A stretch of 51,141 nt of DNA, filler included, from Basidiobolus ranarum (GCA_040143965.1; 3 parts of 3 records of this genome joined end to end with filler, not necessarily neighbours in it); one strand, 5' to 3'. Positions 25,380-38,455 are shown, counted from the whole stretch's first letter. The notes: generated by a model not told the origin, from the letters alone. Program-made: numbers and translations.

Positions 25380-27190
25380 ATGAATCCTAATAATATTGAA
25401 GAATGGGCCAGCACTAAAATTGCTGGCTTTCTTGGTTTCGGTCCAGAGGATGCTGGGCCTTTAGTACAATATTTATTAACTTTTAAAACGGCTGATGAAC
25501 TTGTAGAACATCTCCAAGTAAACCTTTTCCTTTTTCTTTTCAAAGGATCTTCAGTGATTTTAACCTTCGATTGGTCCCATTTTTTTATCAGGAAATGCTG
25601 GGTACTTCTCCACAAACTGCCTCATTTGTACAAGAATTTGTTGAACTTAGATTCCCACCGAAACCCAGCTCAAACTCAAATTCAGCCACACCTAGGCAAG
25701 CAAATGCGCAGACATTTAAGGTGAGTAGTTACTCCACCTCATATTTACTTGGATTTTAGTTGGAGTGTATTCACATTTAAACTTAATTTAAACCAACGTA
25801 GCCAATAGAACAAGCCAAAAGCAAACAATGGAAAGACGAGGGTAATGTTTACCGTAAATCTGATAAAGATGAAGTGTACATGCCTGGAGGGTATATAGAA
25901 TTTCAATAGAGTCCATTGATTTTATTCGAAAGATAGTTTTAACTTTATCAAATGGTTATCTTCATATAGTAGAAACGCTAAGAAATCCAAAAAGAAATCT
26001 AAAGAACAGTCCCTTCTCATTTCAGATACATTAAGCAGTTCTAAATCCTCAGCTAGTAACGCTTTACCTCAAGCATCTGCACCTCATAAGGAAGAAGAAT
26101 CGAAAAAAAAGAAGGGACTAAGTACAGCCGAATGGGACGAGCAGTACGAAAAGTTACTCAAAGAAACGGCAGCTACTAGAGCTCCATGTGATTGTCTTGG
26201 TAGTGTACACTTGATATTGAAGAAAACATATATCAATGACATCCATTCACTAAGCAATCTTCTTTGTAGCTACTAAACATCCACTATTGACCAACTGCCT
26301 AAATTGCGGAAAGATTATATGTGCGAGAGAAGGCCCAGGGCCGTGCATGTTTTGTGATACACCTGTATTCTCTCAAGAACAACAAATGCAACTTTTGTTG
26401 GAACTAAAGAAGGCCAAAAAAGCTAAGCCAAAGAATAACCTTAGACGTAAGGTTCCAGCTGGACAAAAATCGAATCTTTTATACATTGAGAAAGTGACGG
26501 GTAGTGCGGTCAATACTCGAAGTGACGCAGAAGATGCAGAGGCGATGACCAGGGCTCAGGCTCACAAAAATCAATTATTAGAATATGATCGGACAAGTGC
26601 CAAAAGAAGTCATGTTATTGATCAAGCCTCCGACTTTAGTATTCCCGTTGATCCAAATGATAAATGGTTATCGCCGCAAGAAAAAGCCTTGGCATTAAAG
26701 TTATACCAAGAGCAAGAGAAACGCAAAGCATTTGAAGAAGATAGAAGAAAGCGTGGGACTCATTCCATCACCATCGATTTATCTGGACGTAGAGTGATAA
26801 GTGGGCCTGTTATTGAAGCACCCGATGATGGAGTAAATGAAACTCTTCAAGAACTTGAGAAGCTCAAGATCGAGGAATCAAGGAAGGCCCAAGCATCCAC
26901 AAGTTCTGGCTATTACGCACGGAACCCCTTACTTAAAGGGATTAATGCACCCACATTTATTTCAAGCAAGCAGATATCCAAAGATGAGCAAAGAGAGCAA
27001 GCTTCGGATGAAGAGTCACCAAAAAAGTAAGTGACTTTCTTTTTGACATTAATAAGCAAATTAAGAGATACTCACTACAACGTTTTTCAGGAAGAACACC
27101 CGTCGACGAGTGAGATTAGACCATTTGGACGAGGATACACCAAGATCAGGTGCCAATTCAAAGCCATCTCTGGTGGCAAGTGAGGTATAA
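25380..27190 (+). CDS. RQT4: TRIP4/ASC-1/Rqt4-like zf-C2HC5 protein, multi-exon
   Basis: CDCLATKHPLLTNCLNCGKIICAREGPGPCMFC (C2HC5) and LLEYDRTSAKRSHVIDQASDF. N-terminal PWI-like segment. No ASCH domain seen. Confidence 0.9.
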
Positions 27191-27659
27191 GAGGCATATT
27201 AGTGCGCTGTTGTATCATTTGTTAATCGAATGGCTCTGTCACCAATAAACCTTAAAACACGCAAATCGTGCTCAGGTGTTCCATTATATTGTATTCCATC
27301 ATATTTATATGGTATTTGAATGGTGGATGATCTTGTTTAACTCTGTTTGTCGACTCTACAATACCCCAGTCTGAGCTCCCCAATCTCCGTTGAATAACAT
27401 ACGAGATCAATTACGAAACACATTAAATCATGAATCCTTTGTTTTTTGTGAGCAAAGTGACTATCTAAAATCACATACGCCGTGTTCAACATAAATCCAA
27501 TTCCCTTGGCCTCGAACATTCTTTCTTGTCCTGTTTAGCTCTCTTGCGCTTACTCTTTCCACTTCATAGTTTTGATAGTTTTATTTAATATATACTCTAT
27601 TATATAGAAAATAATTTCAGCCCTCTTATTCGTTTATTATCATTTTTGTATTAAAGTTT

Positions 27660-29451
27660 ATGGATAAAAAATATGAACTCCAGCGACCTTCCAAAACCAC
27701 TAATACAAGCTCTCCCTGGATCGTGGATATTTTACGATTGATCTTCTCTTTCTCCAGCGATGACTTAAGTCAACTTACCAACTACTGCCTGGTTAGCAGT
27801 ACTTGGTACTCAGAAGCCATTCGGATTGTCTGGAGAGAGCCAATTTTTCAAACTCAAGCTAGCTTTCAACGTTTCAAGCAAGCCATTTGTAAAAACCAAT
27901 ACCGTAAGTCCATATTCTCTCGAAATGATTGATGTGATGTGATGTGATGGGCCACTAACTAGATATTGAATCCTTTTTTATTGGTTGAGTACAGTGGCAA
28001 GCTTAGTTTATGTACTTGATCTACAAGATTACCGATATTTTGTTCTTAAATATGCGACTTCTTTACTTCCGTACCTCCCAAACTTGAATTCCATCCGTTT
28101 CCCTCAAGCCATACCTATCTCTAAGAATATTCTATCCATCTCGCCGAATTGTCCTTTCAGTGCCCTCAAAGTTTTGAACTATGTTGAAATATATTCTTCG
28201 GATGTGGATGATCTTCGATTCCTCGAATCAATACTGCGTCACTGTACCCATCTTGAAAAGTTGGGATTGATCCTGAAGGATACGGAGGATTGGGAACTTC
28301 CAACAGATATACAACCTATAGCTTCCCTTAAATGGCTTGAGATAGCTGGACTTGAGTTGACAGAGCCATTACTAAGATCCTTATTAACATTGACACCGAA
28401 CTTGACGAGATTAGAAATCTTTACTGGATCACCTCCTACGAATTTCATTTCGACCATCGTGAATTGTTGCCAGCAATTGGATCACCTTCATTTCGAATTC
28501 GAGTACGCTGAGGATGATGTATTATGGGAACTCTCTAATGATAATGTGAGAAACACAACATCCAGATTGAAACACTTCTCTCTGATATACAATCAAGTCG
28601 TATATGATATACCCGAGGAATGGATGGAATCCCTGTGGCGTTCTTTGACATCGTTGGAGGTTTTGCGCTTGTGGCGTGTGGAATTAAGTGACACAATGAT
28701 TCATTCTCTATCAAAGATGCCTATCCCCAAACTAAGATCATTGGATATTTGCTCTACATCTGTAGTAGAGTCTAACAGTGTAGAAGCTTGGGAGGAATTC
28801 TTTGTAAGCTGCGGGGGGCAATTGACCCAGCTTTCTATATCACATAGCCTGTTACCTGCTCGAGTAGGACAAATCATCGCCAAATACTGTGTCAAACTGG
28901 AGGAGTTGACCATTCGATCCTGTAAATTCACCGATGCGTCGGTCGTTGCTGTTGTTGAGCATTGTGGCGATACACTCAAAAAGATCAAATTGTATGACAC
29001 CTCATTTACCGAAGCATCACTACGCGCAATCTGTGACCAATGCACCAAACTGGAAGAATTAGTGCTTTTTCGAACTGAACACTGGCTACAGCCGTTTGAT
29101 ACCACCCCACTGATCTCATATATAGCGGAGCATGGATATTTCTTAAGATCGCTATGTATACGAGGCTGGAAAGCCACCAATGACCTATTGAACAGCTTGG
29201 CGGATTATGGACCAAACTTGCAAGAGTTGGATTTTGAAAACGAAACGGAACTGGAAGATTCTGTATTGCAAAGGGTGATGGCATGTTGCCAATTACGCCA
29301 ACTGAACATAACCACGCAAAATGATTGTGCTGGCCTGACGCCCGAATTGATCGAGTCAGTTGATAAGTATTACGTGTTTGCCAAACGCCTTCAAAACCCA
29401 CTCTCTTTGGACATGGAGACAATATATGGAATGCTTTATAGTAATCAGTAG
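27660..29451 (+). CDS. F-box / RNI-like leucine-rich repeat protein, 2 exons
   Basis: VDILRLIFSF..CLVSSTWYSEAIRIVWREP (F-box-like), followed by repeated LxxLxL LRR units (CVKLEELTIRSCKFTDASV, CTKLEELVL). Confidence 0.85.
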
Positions 29452-29477
29452 ATCTTGTTATGGGGATACTTTGTCGT

Positions 29478-29568
29478 AATCGGTGGATGTTATTATGGAA
29501 TACTTTACGATAATAGTTTATTGTAATCGGTAGATATTATCATGGAATACTCAACGACATTACTTTAT
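29478..29568. repeat. Imperfect ~52-bp tandem duplication downstream of the F-box gene
   Basis: GTAATCGGTGGATGTTATTATGGAATACT recurs as GTAATCGGTAGATATTATCATGGAATACT. Confidence 0.6.
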
Positions 29569-30233
29569 AGAATTGCCGTTAGTTGGCACATCCATGTACC
29601 TCTTCTCCTTGTACAGTCTTGGTGAATTCATGTCTGAAAGTAACTAAGAATATATATATTAATATATACATAAACATACTCTATCGATCCTTATATTCTG
29701 TGAAATAGTACCAATGTTGACTCGTCTGGCCATAGCATTGGTTTAGCCACTTTGAGTCACAATATTCAGTCTGGTCCGGTAGTGTGCCAGTCTACAAGAT
29801 GACGTAGATAATGTTAATACCTTTTACTATAATAAACCTCTTCAATACGAGTAGCTCATATGAGTAGCTCATCATACCAAGAAAAGTAGTTAGGATTAAC
29901 TCTTCCTACAACATATATGTATTGTATCCTTAATCTAACGCATCAATATCCATTCCCACACTTACATTGCATGATTATCTTAGATTTACTAAGCCTCATG
30001 TTAGATTGAATTTAACGTTCATATCTTACGTAAATTTGGATAGTGAAGGAATTTTCTTTAGGTATGAACTTCATCATCACATTTTTCAAACCTGTTAGCC
30101 TCATTGTTGATCTTACAATCACGCGCACGTCGTATTATTGTAAGAGAAGAATCACTCCAGAAATGTTTATTTGGTACTTAATTCCCACATTAAGAAGGAA
30201 TTTGTATTTTCTGTTGGTTATGTGTAACGTGAT

Positions 30234-30388
30234 TAAATATACACTTTAAAGAAGGATCTGGTTGTCAATTGAATTCCGTAAATATACACTTAAAGAAGGA
30301 CCCCCAAAACAATCCACTGGAGTAAATATACACTCTAAAGAAGGAACCCGTTTTAAATAGACCAAAAATTATATTGATTAAAGAAGGA
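30234..30388. repeat. Regularly interspaced repeat array, TAAATATACACT(N)TAAAGAAGGA with unique 20-22-nt spacers
   Basis: Copies at 30234-30256, 30279-30300 and 30323-30345, plus a degenerate one at 30366-30388. Spacers of 22, 22 and about 20 nt are mutually dissimilar. Confidence 0.85.
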
Positions 30389-30830
30389 CCCTCACAGTCT
30401 TCAGTCGAAGTGATTTGGTTAATTTGGGCTCCAGCAAAGACACTCGAGGGACACTAGAATTATCAATTGATTTCTATTCTATCCATAAATACCAACATTG
30501 ACAATGGTCATACGTGGTCTTCACTTTACGCTCATTGTGCTTTGCCAATTCTCATACATACTCTTAGCTCCAAACCTGGCTGGGAACGAGGAGGTGTTGC
30601 TTGGGAAAAATCGACTGACTGTCTCACCATGGACCAGCAGACTTGTTAACATTCAATCTATGGTAGATCTCTTAATTAGTTAAGGTGGAATCTCCAATAT
30701 CGAGTTCAGTGAAATGTATATAAAGACATTCCCAGTTGTTGAACGACAAATTAAGTGCAGCCGACAACTCCTCTGGCTATTGAACAATCTCCTCTACCTT
30801 TGAAGCGAATTCACCTGTCTACTGCTTAAA

Positions 30831-32597
30831 ATGCTCAGATCAGCTGCTCGTGTCTTTCTCAATAACACAAAGAACCTCTCAGGCGTAAACCGTGCTCGTA
30901 CATTGGCAACCTTGTCTGCTTTCCGACCATCTGGAGTTTGTCAAAATGCTCAGGTAAAATTATACTTCATGATCGCCAGTTTCTACTATTTGTCACGGAC
31001 TAATCCCCATGTCATTTTTGCTTCAACCTGAAGCCTGTACCCTTTAGTGTCTGGGAGAATATTCAACCTGACGGCCAGTTCATCGTTACCCCCAAGAATG
31101 GGTTCTTGCCTCGTGAGGATCCCTTAGAAAAACTCCCCTCTGAGTTCAAGGAATTGGAAAGTCTGTTGGACAGAATGCCTTTGAAACTTGCTGACGGTTC
31201 AGATGGACTCCTTCGGAAGGGAGAACTGGGTCAAGCGGTGACCAATGAGTTACCCGTATATGATGTAGACCACATCCACGATACTCGACTACTTTCAGGT
31301 AGGTTGACTTTGTTTCGTCCTCGTGCTGGGGAATCCACACTCATTCGATTGAATTATTAGCTCTTTATCGTGATTACACATTCTTGGCTAGTGCCTATCT
31401 TTTGGAGCCATGTGATATCAACTTTAGAAATACTGGAGAGTACGGTTTGGCTAGAGATGTACTACCAAGGAATATTGCAATTCCTTTGGCTAAAGTATCG
31501 CAAAAAATCGGGGCCAAACCTTTCATGGAATACGCTATGTCATATAGGTATTAAGAAAATTGAAAATTTACCTTTACTTCAGTATTTCTTACTAACTATT
31601 TACATCGCCAGTTTGTACAACTATCAACGAATTGACAAATCGAAACCGGCTGATTATTCGAATCTGAATCTGATTCGAGGATTTGCTGGTGCAAGATCAG
31701 AGCATGGATTCATTTTGGTTCATGTGGCCATGGTTGCACACTCTGGTAAGATCATCGATGCCGCACTTCGCTCTTTGGAGGCCGCGCAACAAGGAGATAG
31801 AGTGGAGTTTGACAACCAACTTAGTACATTCCGAGATGGATTCATCAAAATTAACGAGGTGATGGAAACCATGTGGTCACGCTCTGAGCCAGCTGATTAT
31901 CCGCATTTCCGAACCTTCATTATGGGTTCAAAGAACCAGCCCATGTTTCCAAATGGGATTTTGTACGAAGGAGTTGATGATAAACCATTCCACTTCCGCG
32001 GTGAGAGTGGAGCTAATGACAGCATGATCCCACTGGCCGACAATCTTTTGGAAATCACCTCTAGCATGCCTATCAATCCCCTTACTGAAGTGTTACGAGA
32101 TTTCCGTAGTTACCGACCCGTCAACCATAACCGATTCCTTAAATTTGTTGAGGGAAAAGCTCAGGAAGTTGGACTGCGTAAATTCGCAGAAGCCGATGGC
32201 AACTCTGGTGGTAAGGACCTTGAGTAGATGATCATCCTGACCATATCTAACTTCTTCTATTCTAGCCATCTATTTGCAGGTAATGGATCAAGTACGTGAC
32301 TTCCGTCACCGTCATTGGATGTTCACTAAAGAATATATCATTAAACGTATGAAGCATCCAGTAGCCACTGGTGGCTCACCAATTGTTACCTGGTTACCCA
32401 ATCAGCTAGGAGCAGTACTTGACTCATTGGTCCAGAGTGGTAGCAAAATTAGTTCCAACCCAGGACTTACAGGGGATAATCGCAAGACGGTTAACGAGAT
32501 CCTCAAGAAAGCCGAGGCGGAGAGACGAATCCTCACCCGTGAAGTTAGTTGGTTAGTAGAAGAGCGTGGTGCTAAAGCTGCTTCAGTTGAATTGTAA
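30831..32597 (+). CDS. IDO: Indoleamine 2,3-dioxygenase family protein with presequence-like N-terminus, multi-exon
   Basis: NGFLPREDPL, ALYRDYTFLASAYLLEP, SEHGFILVHVAM, FRTFIMG, FRGESGANDS, FRSYRPVNH, FRHRHW..KEYI, ATGGSPIVTWL. Confidence 0.92.
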
Positions 32598-32858
32598 AGA
32601 ATGAATCGAACGCTTGTTATATTTCTATGATTCCCTTGATACTATGATAACCCTCCTGTTTAAGCTAACTCTCCAGTACTTTCAGAAAAAGAAAATTTTT
32701 GAAAATCCAATAAAACTTTCATGCTTTAGTTACATTTAATCTCTAGTATTGATATAGATTCTATATTAATTGAGAATATTTTATTGGGTTAGTCTTAGAA
32801 ATAACATGTTGTAATACTATGTGCGATCTAACTATATGTAGGCTAGTTATTCATTATT

Positions 32859-34079
32859 TTAAAATCCGAATAAAATCATCAAACCACTCATGGCTGACAA
32901 AAATAGCATAGATGGGGTATATTGAACGGAAGCATCAGTATAATGAACTGAAGGACGACCTGATACTTTGCTAGTTACTCTGGTAGTGACCGAAACCTCG
33001 GTTTCTTTTCCATCTATAGTGGTATGAACAGTAACGATCACATTCTTAACCACATGACCATCTTTGGTAGTTATGGGAATACCAGAATCACTATCGGTAG
33101 ATACGTGACTAGTAGCAGAAGTACTAGTTCCTATAAATTCACTCAAAAGGTTAATAAATCTTCAAAGAAATTGATTCGATTATGAAAGAAGAAAGAAAAT
33201 AATGAGAAAACTTACCAGTAGTAGATTTCACTGAACTGCTACTGGTAGAATATAAAGTAGGGGAACTGTGACTGTGACTGGGGCTGAAAGTAGGGGTGGA
33301 ACTAGAATCGGTTGAACTGGTATTATCTGAAGGACTTGGTGATGGTTGAGAAGGTGAAGATTTGATAGATGTTGGTTCTAAAGATGTATGAATATCAGTT
33401 GATGGGTTAATGAATGTTGAAGATATGGTGGGTGAGTGAGTGATATGGTCTATGGAGCTAATCTTGCTAGACTGTGATACTGGGGAATTCGATGATGTAT
33501 GATGGGTATCGGAGGTGTGGGTAGGTACTAGAGAAGAATGAATTTTACCAGATGAGTGAACAAGTGTGAAAGACGAGGAAGTAGTTTGACTAGATGGAAG
33601 AGTAGAAGCAGGAGGGGAGGAAGAAACTGTACTGGATGAATGAGTAGGAGCGGGAGAGGAAGGAGAAGAGGGAGAAACTTTACTGGATGGATGAGTAGCA
33701 GTGGGAGAGGAATTAGGTGTATCAGATAGATGAGTGTGCGAAGGGGAGGGTTTGGATACATCAGAAGAAACATCTGTATTTTCGGAAGAAATTCAGTAGG
33801 TGTAGCAAAACTAATGGGTAAAGGGATCGTAAAGAGACGAGGAAATAGGGGTTCTTTAAGTGAAAAAAAAGCCACACCATCACAAAGATAATACCGATTC
33901 TAATGATGGGTATATAGAATAATGTTTATAAAGTATACTGTAAAGAAATCGATTACTTACCAGTAGTTTGATTACTTGGAGAGGTTGGTTTTTCAGTTGG
34001 CGTGGTTGGCTTCTCAGTAGGTGTGGTTGTCTTCTCAGTAGGAGTGGTTGGCTTCTCAGTAGGCGTGGTTGACTTCTCA
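32859..34079 (-). CDS. Ser/Thr/Pro-rich, probably GPI-anchored surface protein; 5' end lost in the gap
   Basis: 21-nt repeats encoding (TEKPTTP)n at 33985-34079, an S/P/H-rich exon with ~14-aa repeats (~33216-33774) and a terminal hydrophobic tail MLFLSAMSGLMILFGF*. Confidence 0.75.
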
Positions 34080-34179
34080 NNNNNNNNNNNNNNNNNNNNN
34101 NNNNNNNNNNNNNNNNNNNNNNNTTAATTAATTAANNNNNNNNNNNNNNNNNNNNNNNNNNNNNNNNNNNNNNNNNNNN
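34080..34179. other. Assembly gap/linker
   Basis: Same 100-nt N plus TTAATTAATTAA linker. Confidence 0.98.
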
Positions 34180-34239
34180 CATTCGGCATAGAATGATTAT
34201 TTTTTTGAATATTGAGAAATAGTACTAGATAGTTGTATA

Positions 34240-34610
34240 TGTTAAAGTATTTAGGAGCCTATTGGAGGTGGTTTGGAGAATTAGAGAAATTGATGGTTTT
34301 CACTTGTTGATTTCTTGAGTAGAAAGTTGCCATTTATACTTCTGTCAAGATATTAGCAAACTAACATGTAGAATGGGTTAAGGAAGGTCCCAGGAACATG
34401 TGTGCAAAGTTTTGAGCTTTTAGCACAAGTTTGAAAAAATCTATATATCTGAGAACTTCTAAGTAAATTTTGATGAAATTAGCATTACCCAAACACCTAT
34501 ATAGTCATATATAGCTTAGTACTTATCTGATATTTTACTAAGATATTACCCATTATTCACAATCGGAATTTACTTACAATATTGACACCGACTTAGAAGT
34601 TCTCAGGCAT
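34240..34610. mobile_element. Solo LTR with inverted 5' segment (3' part on -, 5' part on +)
   Basis: 34240-34464 matches 46219-46443, and 34471-34610 matches 44805-44950. A perfect 16-bp inverted repeat lies at 34449-34464 and 34591-34606. Confidence 0.85.
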
Positions 34611-34880
34611 TAAGTAAGCTAAAATTCGATTAATATTTATAAAAATAAGGGAACAAAAGTAGTGTATAACATAGATTGTTTTTAATTCGAATCAAGAACA
34701 TAAATATGAAACAAATGTATGAAAGTGATAAGGAGGAGATAGGAGAGGGGACTGAGGGAAAGAGAGAGAAGGGAAGGGAAGGAGAGGAAAGGGAAGAGAA
34801 AGGGAATTAAAATTGATTGAAAAGATGATTGAATATCTCTACATCCAAAGTAACTTAAAAATAAGATACTCATAGAATTT

Positions 34881-37800
34881 TTAACCCCATAAAGCGTTCA
34901 ACTTCTTTTTACGAACCTAAAATATGATTTAGGATTAATGAATTGTGAAAGGAATGAGATGTGATTTCAAATACTTACAATGGGTCCAATGATCATTACT
35001 GCTGCAATGAGTCCAGCCATGGTAGTTAAAAGCATTCCTTTACTGAAGTCTTCATTTAAGATATCGAAGGTCTTGGATGGTGCTTCCCGAGTAAAGAAGG
35101 TATCCAAACCATAAGCCAACACCAATGAAGTGGATTCTAAATTGGAGGGAGAAGTGATAATATTCTGGATACCAGATACCTTGAAGAAATTCGATTCGAT
35201 TAGTAACAATTTCCATATAAATTTGAAAATCTCTTCAACTTACTGGTAAGTAATAAGAGAGTGAGAATCTTCCATCAAATGGAACATTAGGGTCATATTG
35301 AATGAGCATTTCTTCCTTATCCGCTTCACTTAATCCACCCACTGGACGTCTAGGGTCCAAGATTTTCTTGGGGACTCCGTAGATTTGACCAGAAGCCAAT
35401 GCAAACAATACCTCACGTGAGGTGATGCCATTTCTAGTGGTAGTCACTCCAACGGCAGTAACTGCCTCAGGGAATATAAATGATTGTGACATGACAAATG
35501 GTCTTTGAGCATCGAAGGATGAGAATTCCTTGGAGTCAACTCGCTCATCTTCTTCTTGACTTTCGAAGAGTTCATGAACGACAGAGACGTATCCTTTTTC
35601 TTTACCATCAACTAAATCACCATCACTCCAGAAGTGATAAACCACCCAATTCTCGCAATGAACGATATGAACTGGATGTGCAACGGAGGCAATACCCCCA
35701 ATGTGAACTGCGTGATGTAAGATAGTTCCCTTAACACGGTCAATGAGATACATAGAGATCACGGGTACGTTTTCTTTGACGCCAAAGGTGACCACAGGAA
35801 CAACATGGGGATTAAGATACTTGTAGAGGACAGAACGGTTACCAAGAACTCGACCAAGAGAGGCGACCTTCTCATAAGAGGGCTTTTCTCCAACAGCAAC
35901 CACAGTTTCACCTTTAGGGAAATTGATGACCCATTGTTGTTGAATGTCTAGCACTGAAGAGATAGGGTTGGAGACCACTTGGAAGCCTTCAATTTTATCG
36001 CTACCAACAACATCCCCCAAAGTGAAATAGAATGAGGAAGCAAACTCGGCGAAAACCTCTGCCTGCTCTGGGTATAGATGAAATCTGTCGTTCGAGTCCA
36101 CAAGGGCCAAGATGGAGCACTTTTCAACGGGGTCTTCAAGGGGTAATTTGATGATCTTCTTGGGAATGAAAGGAAAGGTCACTTCCGCTGGGTTAAATTG
36201 TAGCTCAGATTGGAGATCCTCTCCAGTCAAAGCGTTCAAACGATAAAGGACCGTCACCTTTTGTAATTGTGAGTCGAGGGTTTCGCCAACAACAATGACA
36301 ACCGGTGGAAGTTTAACAACTGATGGTCGTACTATGTAGAGATGTTTGAAAGTGACACGATGATGATCACCAAAGAATCTAGACCAGATCAGTTGTCCTT
36401 TGTTGTTTGTGTCAAGGGCGATAACTTTACCACTTTCGGTAGCAAAGAGAGCAAGTTTACGCATGCCGAAGGTATCTCTGTAGAGTAGAGTGTGATCTTG
36501 AACCACTGGTTCGCGGCTAGTCAAAGAAGTGATGAAAGAAACGGGATCGGTGGCAATTGACTAAATAAATTGAAATCATAAATATCTCCATTAGTGACTA
36601 GGTAATAGTAGGAGAGTCATAGATAATATTCCTTACGACAAGTTTACTCAAATGTGCTCCAATTCTACGGAAATAACGGGAGACAGGGTTAGCGGACTCC
36701 AAAGCTTCGGGATCTTGGAGGTTACCTTTACCAACATCGAGCAATTGGTGTTCTGGTAAATCCAGGAATTCTGCAGCACTAGCATAAGCTAGGGCTTCAT
36801 CACGAACCCAAACCTGTTCTTTCTTGTTGAACAGAGTAATGGAATCACCAGCATCGACAGTCAAGAGTTGAAGATTTTTACCATAAAAGTCGATGAAAGT
36901 ATGCTTGATGGCTCCAGAGATGGAGTAATCATGCTTAAGCTTGAAAGAGTCCACAACAACATCTTGATCCAGATCGACTATAGTACCCTCGATGGTATTC
37001 AAATCTTCGTGAGTAGCCACCACACCAATATATGCTTCACTGGGACTAATCTCAACACTGGTAAACATGGTATTCCAAGAAGGCTCAAAATTGTGGGCGA
37101 GGGCAATAGTCACTGCCTCACCATTGTCGCTCACACGGAATATGCCTGCTTCCTTCTGACTGAACTGGAGAACAAATTCAGTTCTGGCTTTCAGGTTGAG
37201 TGAGACAAGGCGAAGATCGATGAACACATTGGTAGTGGTTTCGGCAGGTGGGAGAATAGTCTATGGGTATTTCAAAATGGCTTAGCTATGAGAAAGAAGA
37301 ATATGTAGAGTTGATGTTTCAAAAAGAATTACCTCAGCGGCAATTTCGGAAGTAACACTTTCCGAACCAAGTTTATGTGCCCATAGAGAGTCACCTTGGT
37401 TTGATTTCCAGATGATATATGCTGGCTTCTTGGCCCCACCAACCAAGATTAAATCGTTGATGTTCTTGGCATTGCATTCAACCTTGTAGCTAGCGACTTG
37501 TTTACCGGCATTGTCGAGTTGGAGAACATATAAATTCTTATCTTCACGGCTAGCGGTGTTTCTACCAACGAGGTGCACGTTCTGAGCATCATGAGCAATC
37601 TTGAAGAAAACATGACTAATAGCAGGAGATTTTGTTAAGTCAATGAGGATTATTCACTTTAGGACATTCACATGTTACTCACTTGCTTTGATCTTCCCAA
37701 TTCCATAAAATAGAGCCGGTGGCAACTTGAAGCTTGAAAATGGTTTTACCATGAATAGAGGCGATGATTTGATCATCGTTGAAAATAGCATCAAACACCT

Positions 37801-38455
37801 TCTTATTCTTCAAAGGTTGTTCGGTGTTAGTAGGGAGGACCTGTTCCCAAATATTGTGACCAGTCTCAGCACTCCATAGTCTGGCAACAATGGTAGTTTG
37901 ACCGGAAAGAGTGAGGATATCTTTGGGAAAAGAAACAAGTTAGTTTATATAAGTATAATTCCGTACATGCATCTTCACATGTTACTCACTTTCGTTGTGA
38001 ACCTTCATTGTGTGAATGGTATCTTTAACTTGGAATACCTGACGCCAGGCTGGAGATTAGTCGAAAACAAGAAAATTGGTTTCAGGTAAGTGAATATTCG
38101 AGAAGTTAATGGGAAAGAAGTAGAGATTACCAAGTTCTCCATTCTCGGGATTGATTGAACTGAGAACATTTTTGGTAGTAGCGGTGATGAAAGTGCGAGT
38201 ATTATTGACGGTATAAAAGCCGGATACTTTAGGAGTACCGATATTTTTTTTATGCCTACAAGTTTTAAAAGTTTTAAATATGTTCAACAAGTTGACGATA
38301 AAAAAGTGGCTAGATGAGTAATATGACTCTTACCAATCTACCAAATTGATTTGATCTTCGAATAAAGCTTGAGTTGGTACCCAAGCTAGCAAAGCAAGTA
38401 AAACTGTGATGAAGAACAAACTCGAATTCGTCCTCAAACTCGAGTATAACCTCAT
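34881..38455 (-). CDS. EMC1: ER membrane protein complex subunit 1, multi-exon
   Basis: Signal peptide then ALFEDQINLVDW; RDTFGMRKL; VASLGRVLGNRSVLYKYLNP; ENWVVY; TTRNGITSR; LDPRRP; LESTSLVLAYGLDTFFTREAPSKTFDILNEDFSK; TM; KKLNALWG*. Confidence 0.97.

Noticed and set aside
28239..29422. Antisense ORFs over the F-box/LRR gene (likewise over MFS, EMC1, G6PD and the kinase)
   Set aside because: Shadow ORFs of real coding sequence with no independent motifs.
30234..30388. Calling the array a true CRISPR
   Set aside because: Eukaryotic context, only 3-4 non-palindromic units with indels, short spacers and no cas genes. Kept as an unexplained array.
33528..33875. Leu/Pro-rich 115-aa ORF (and similar 34682-34873)
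   Set aside because: Alternative-frame reading of the Ser/Pro exon, and a pyrimidine-rich 3' flank, respectively.
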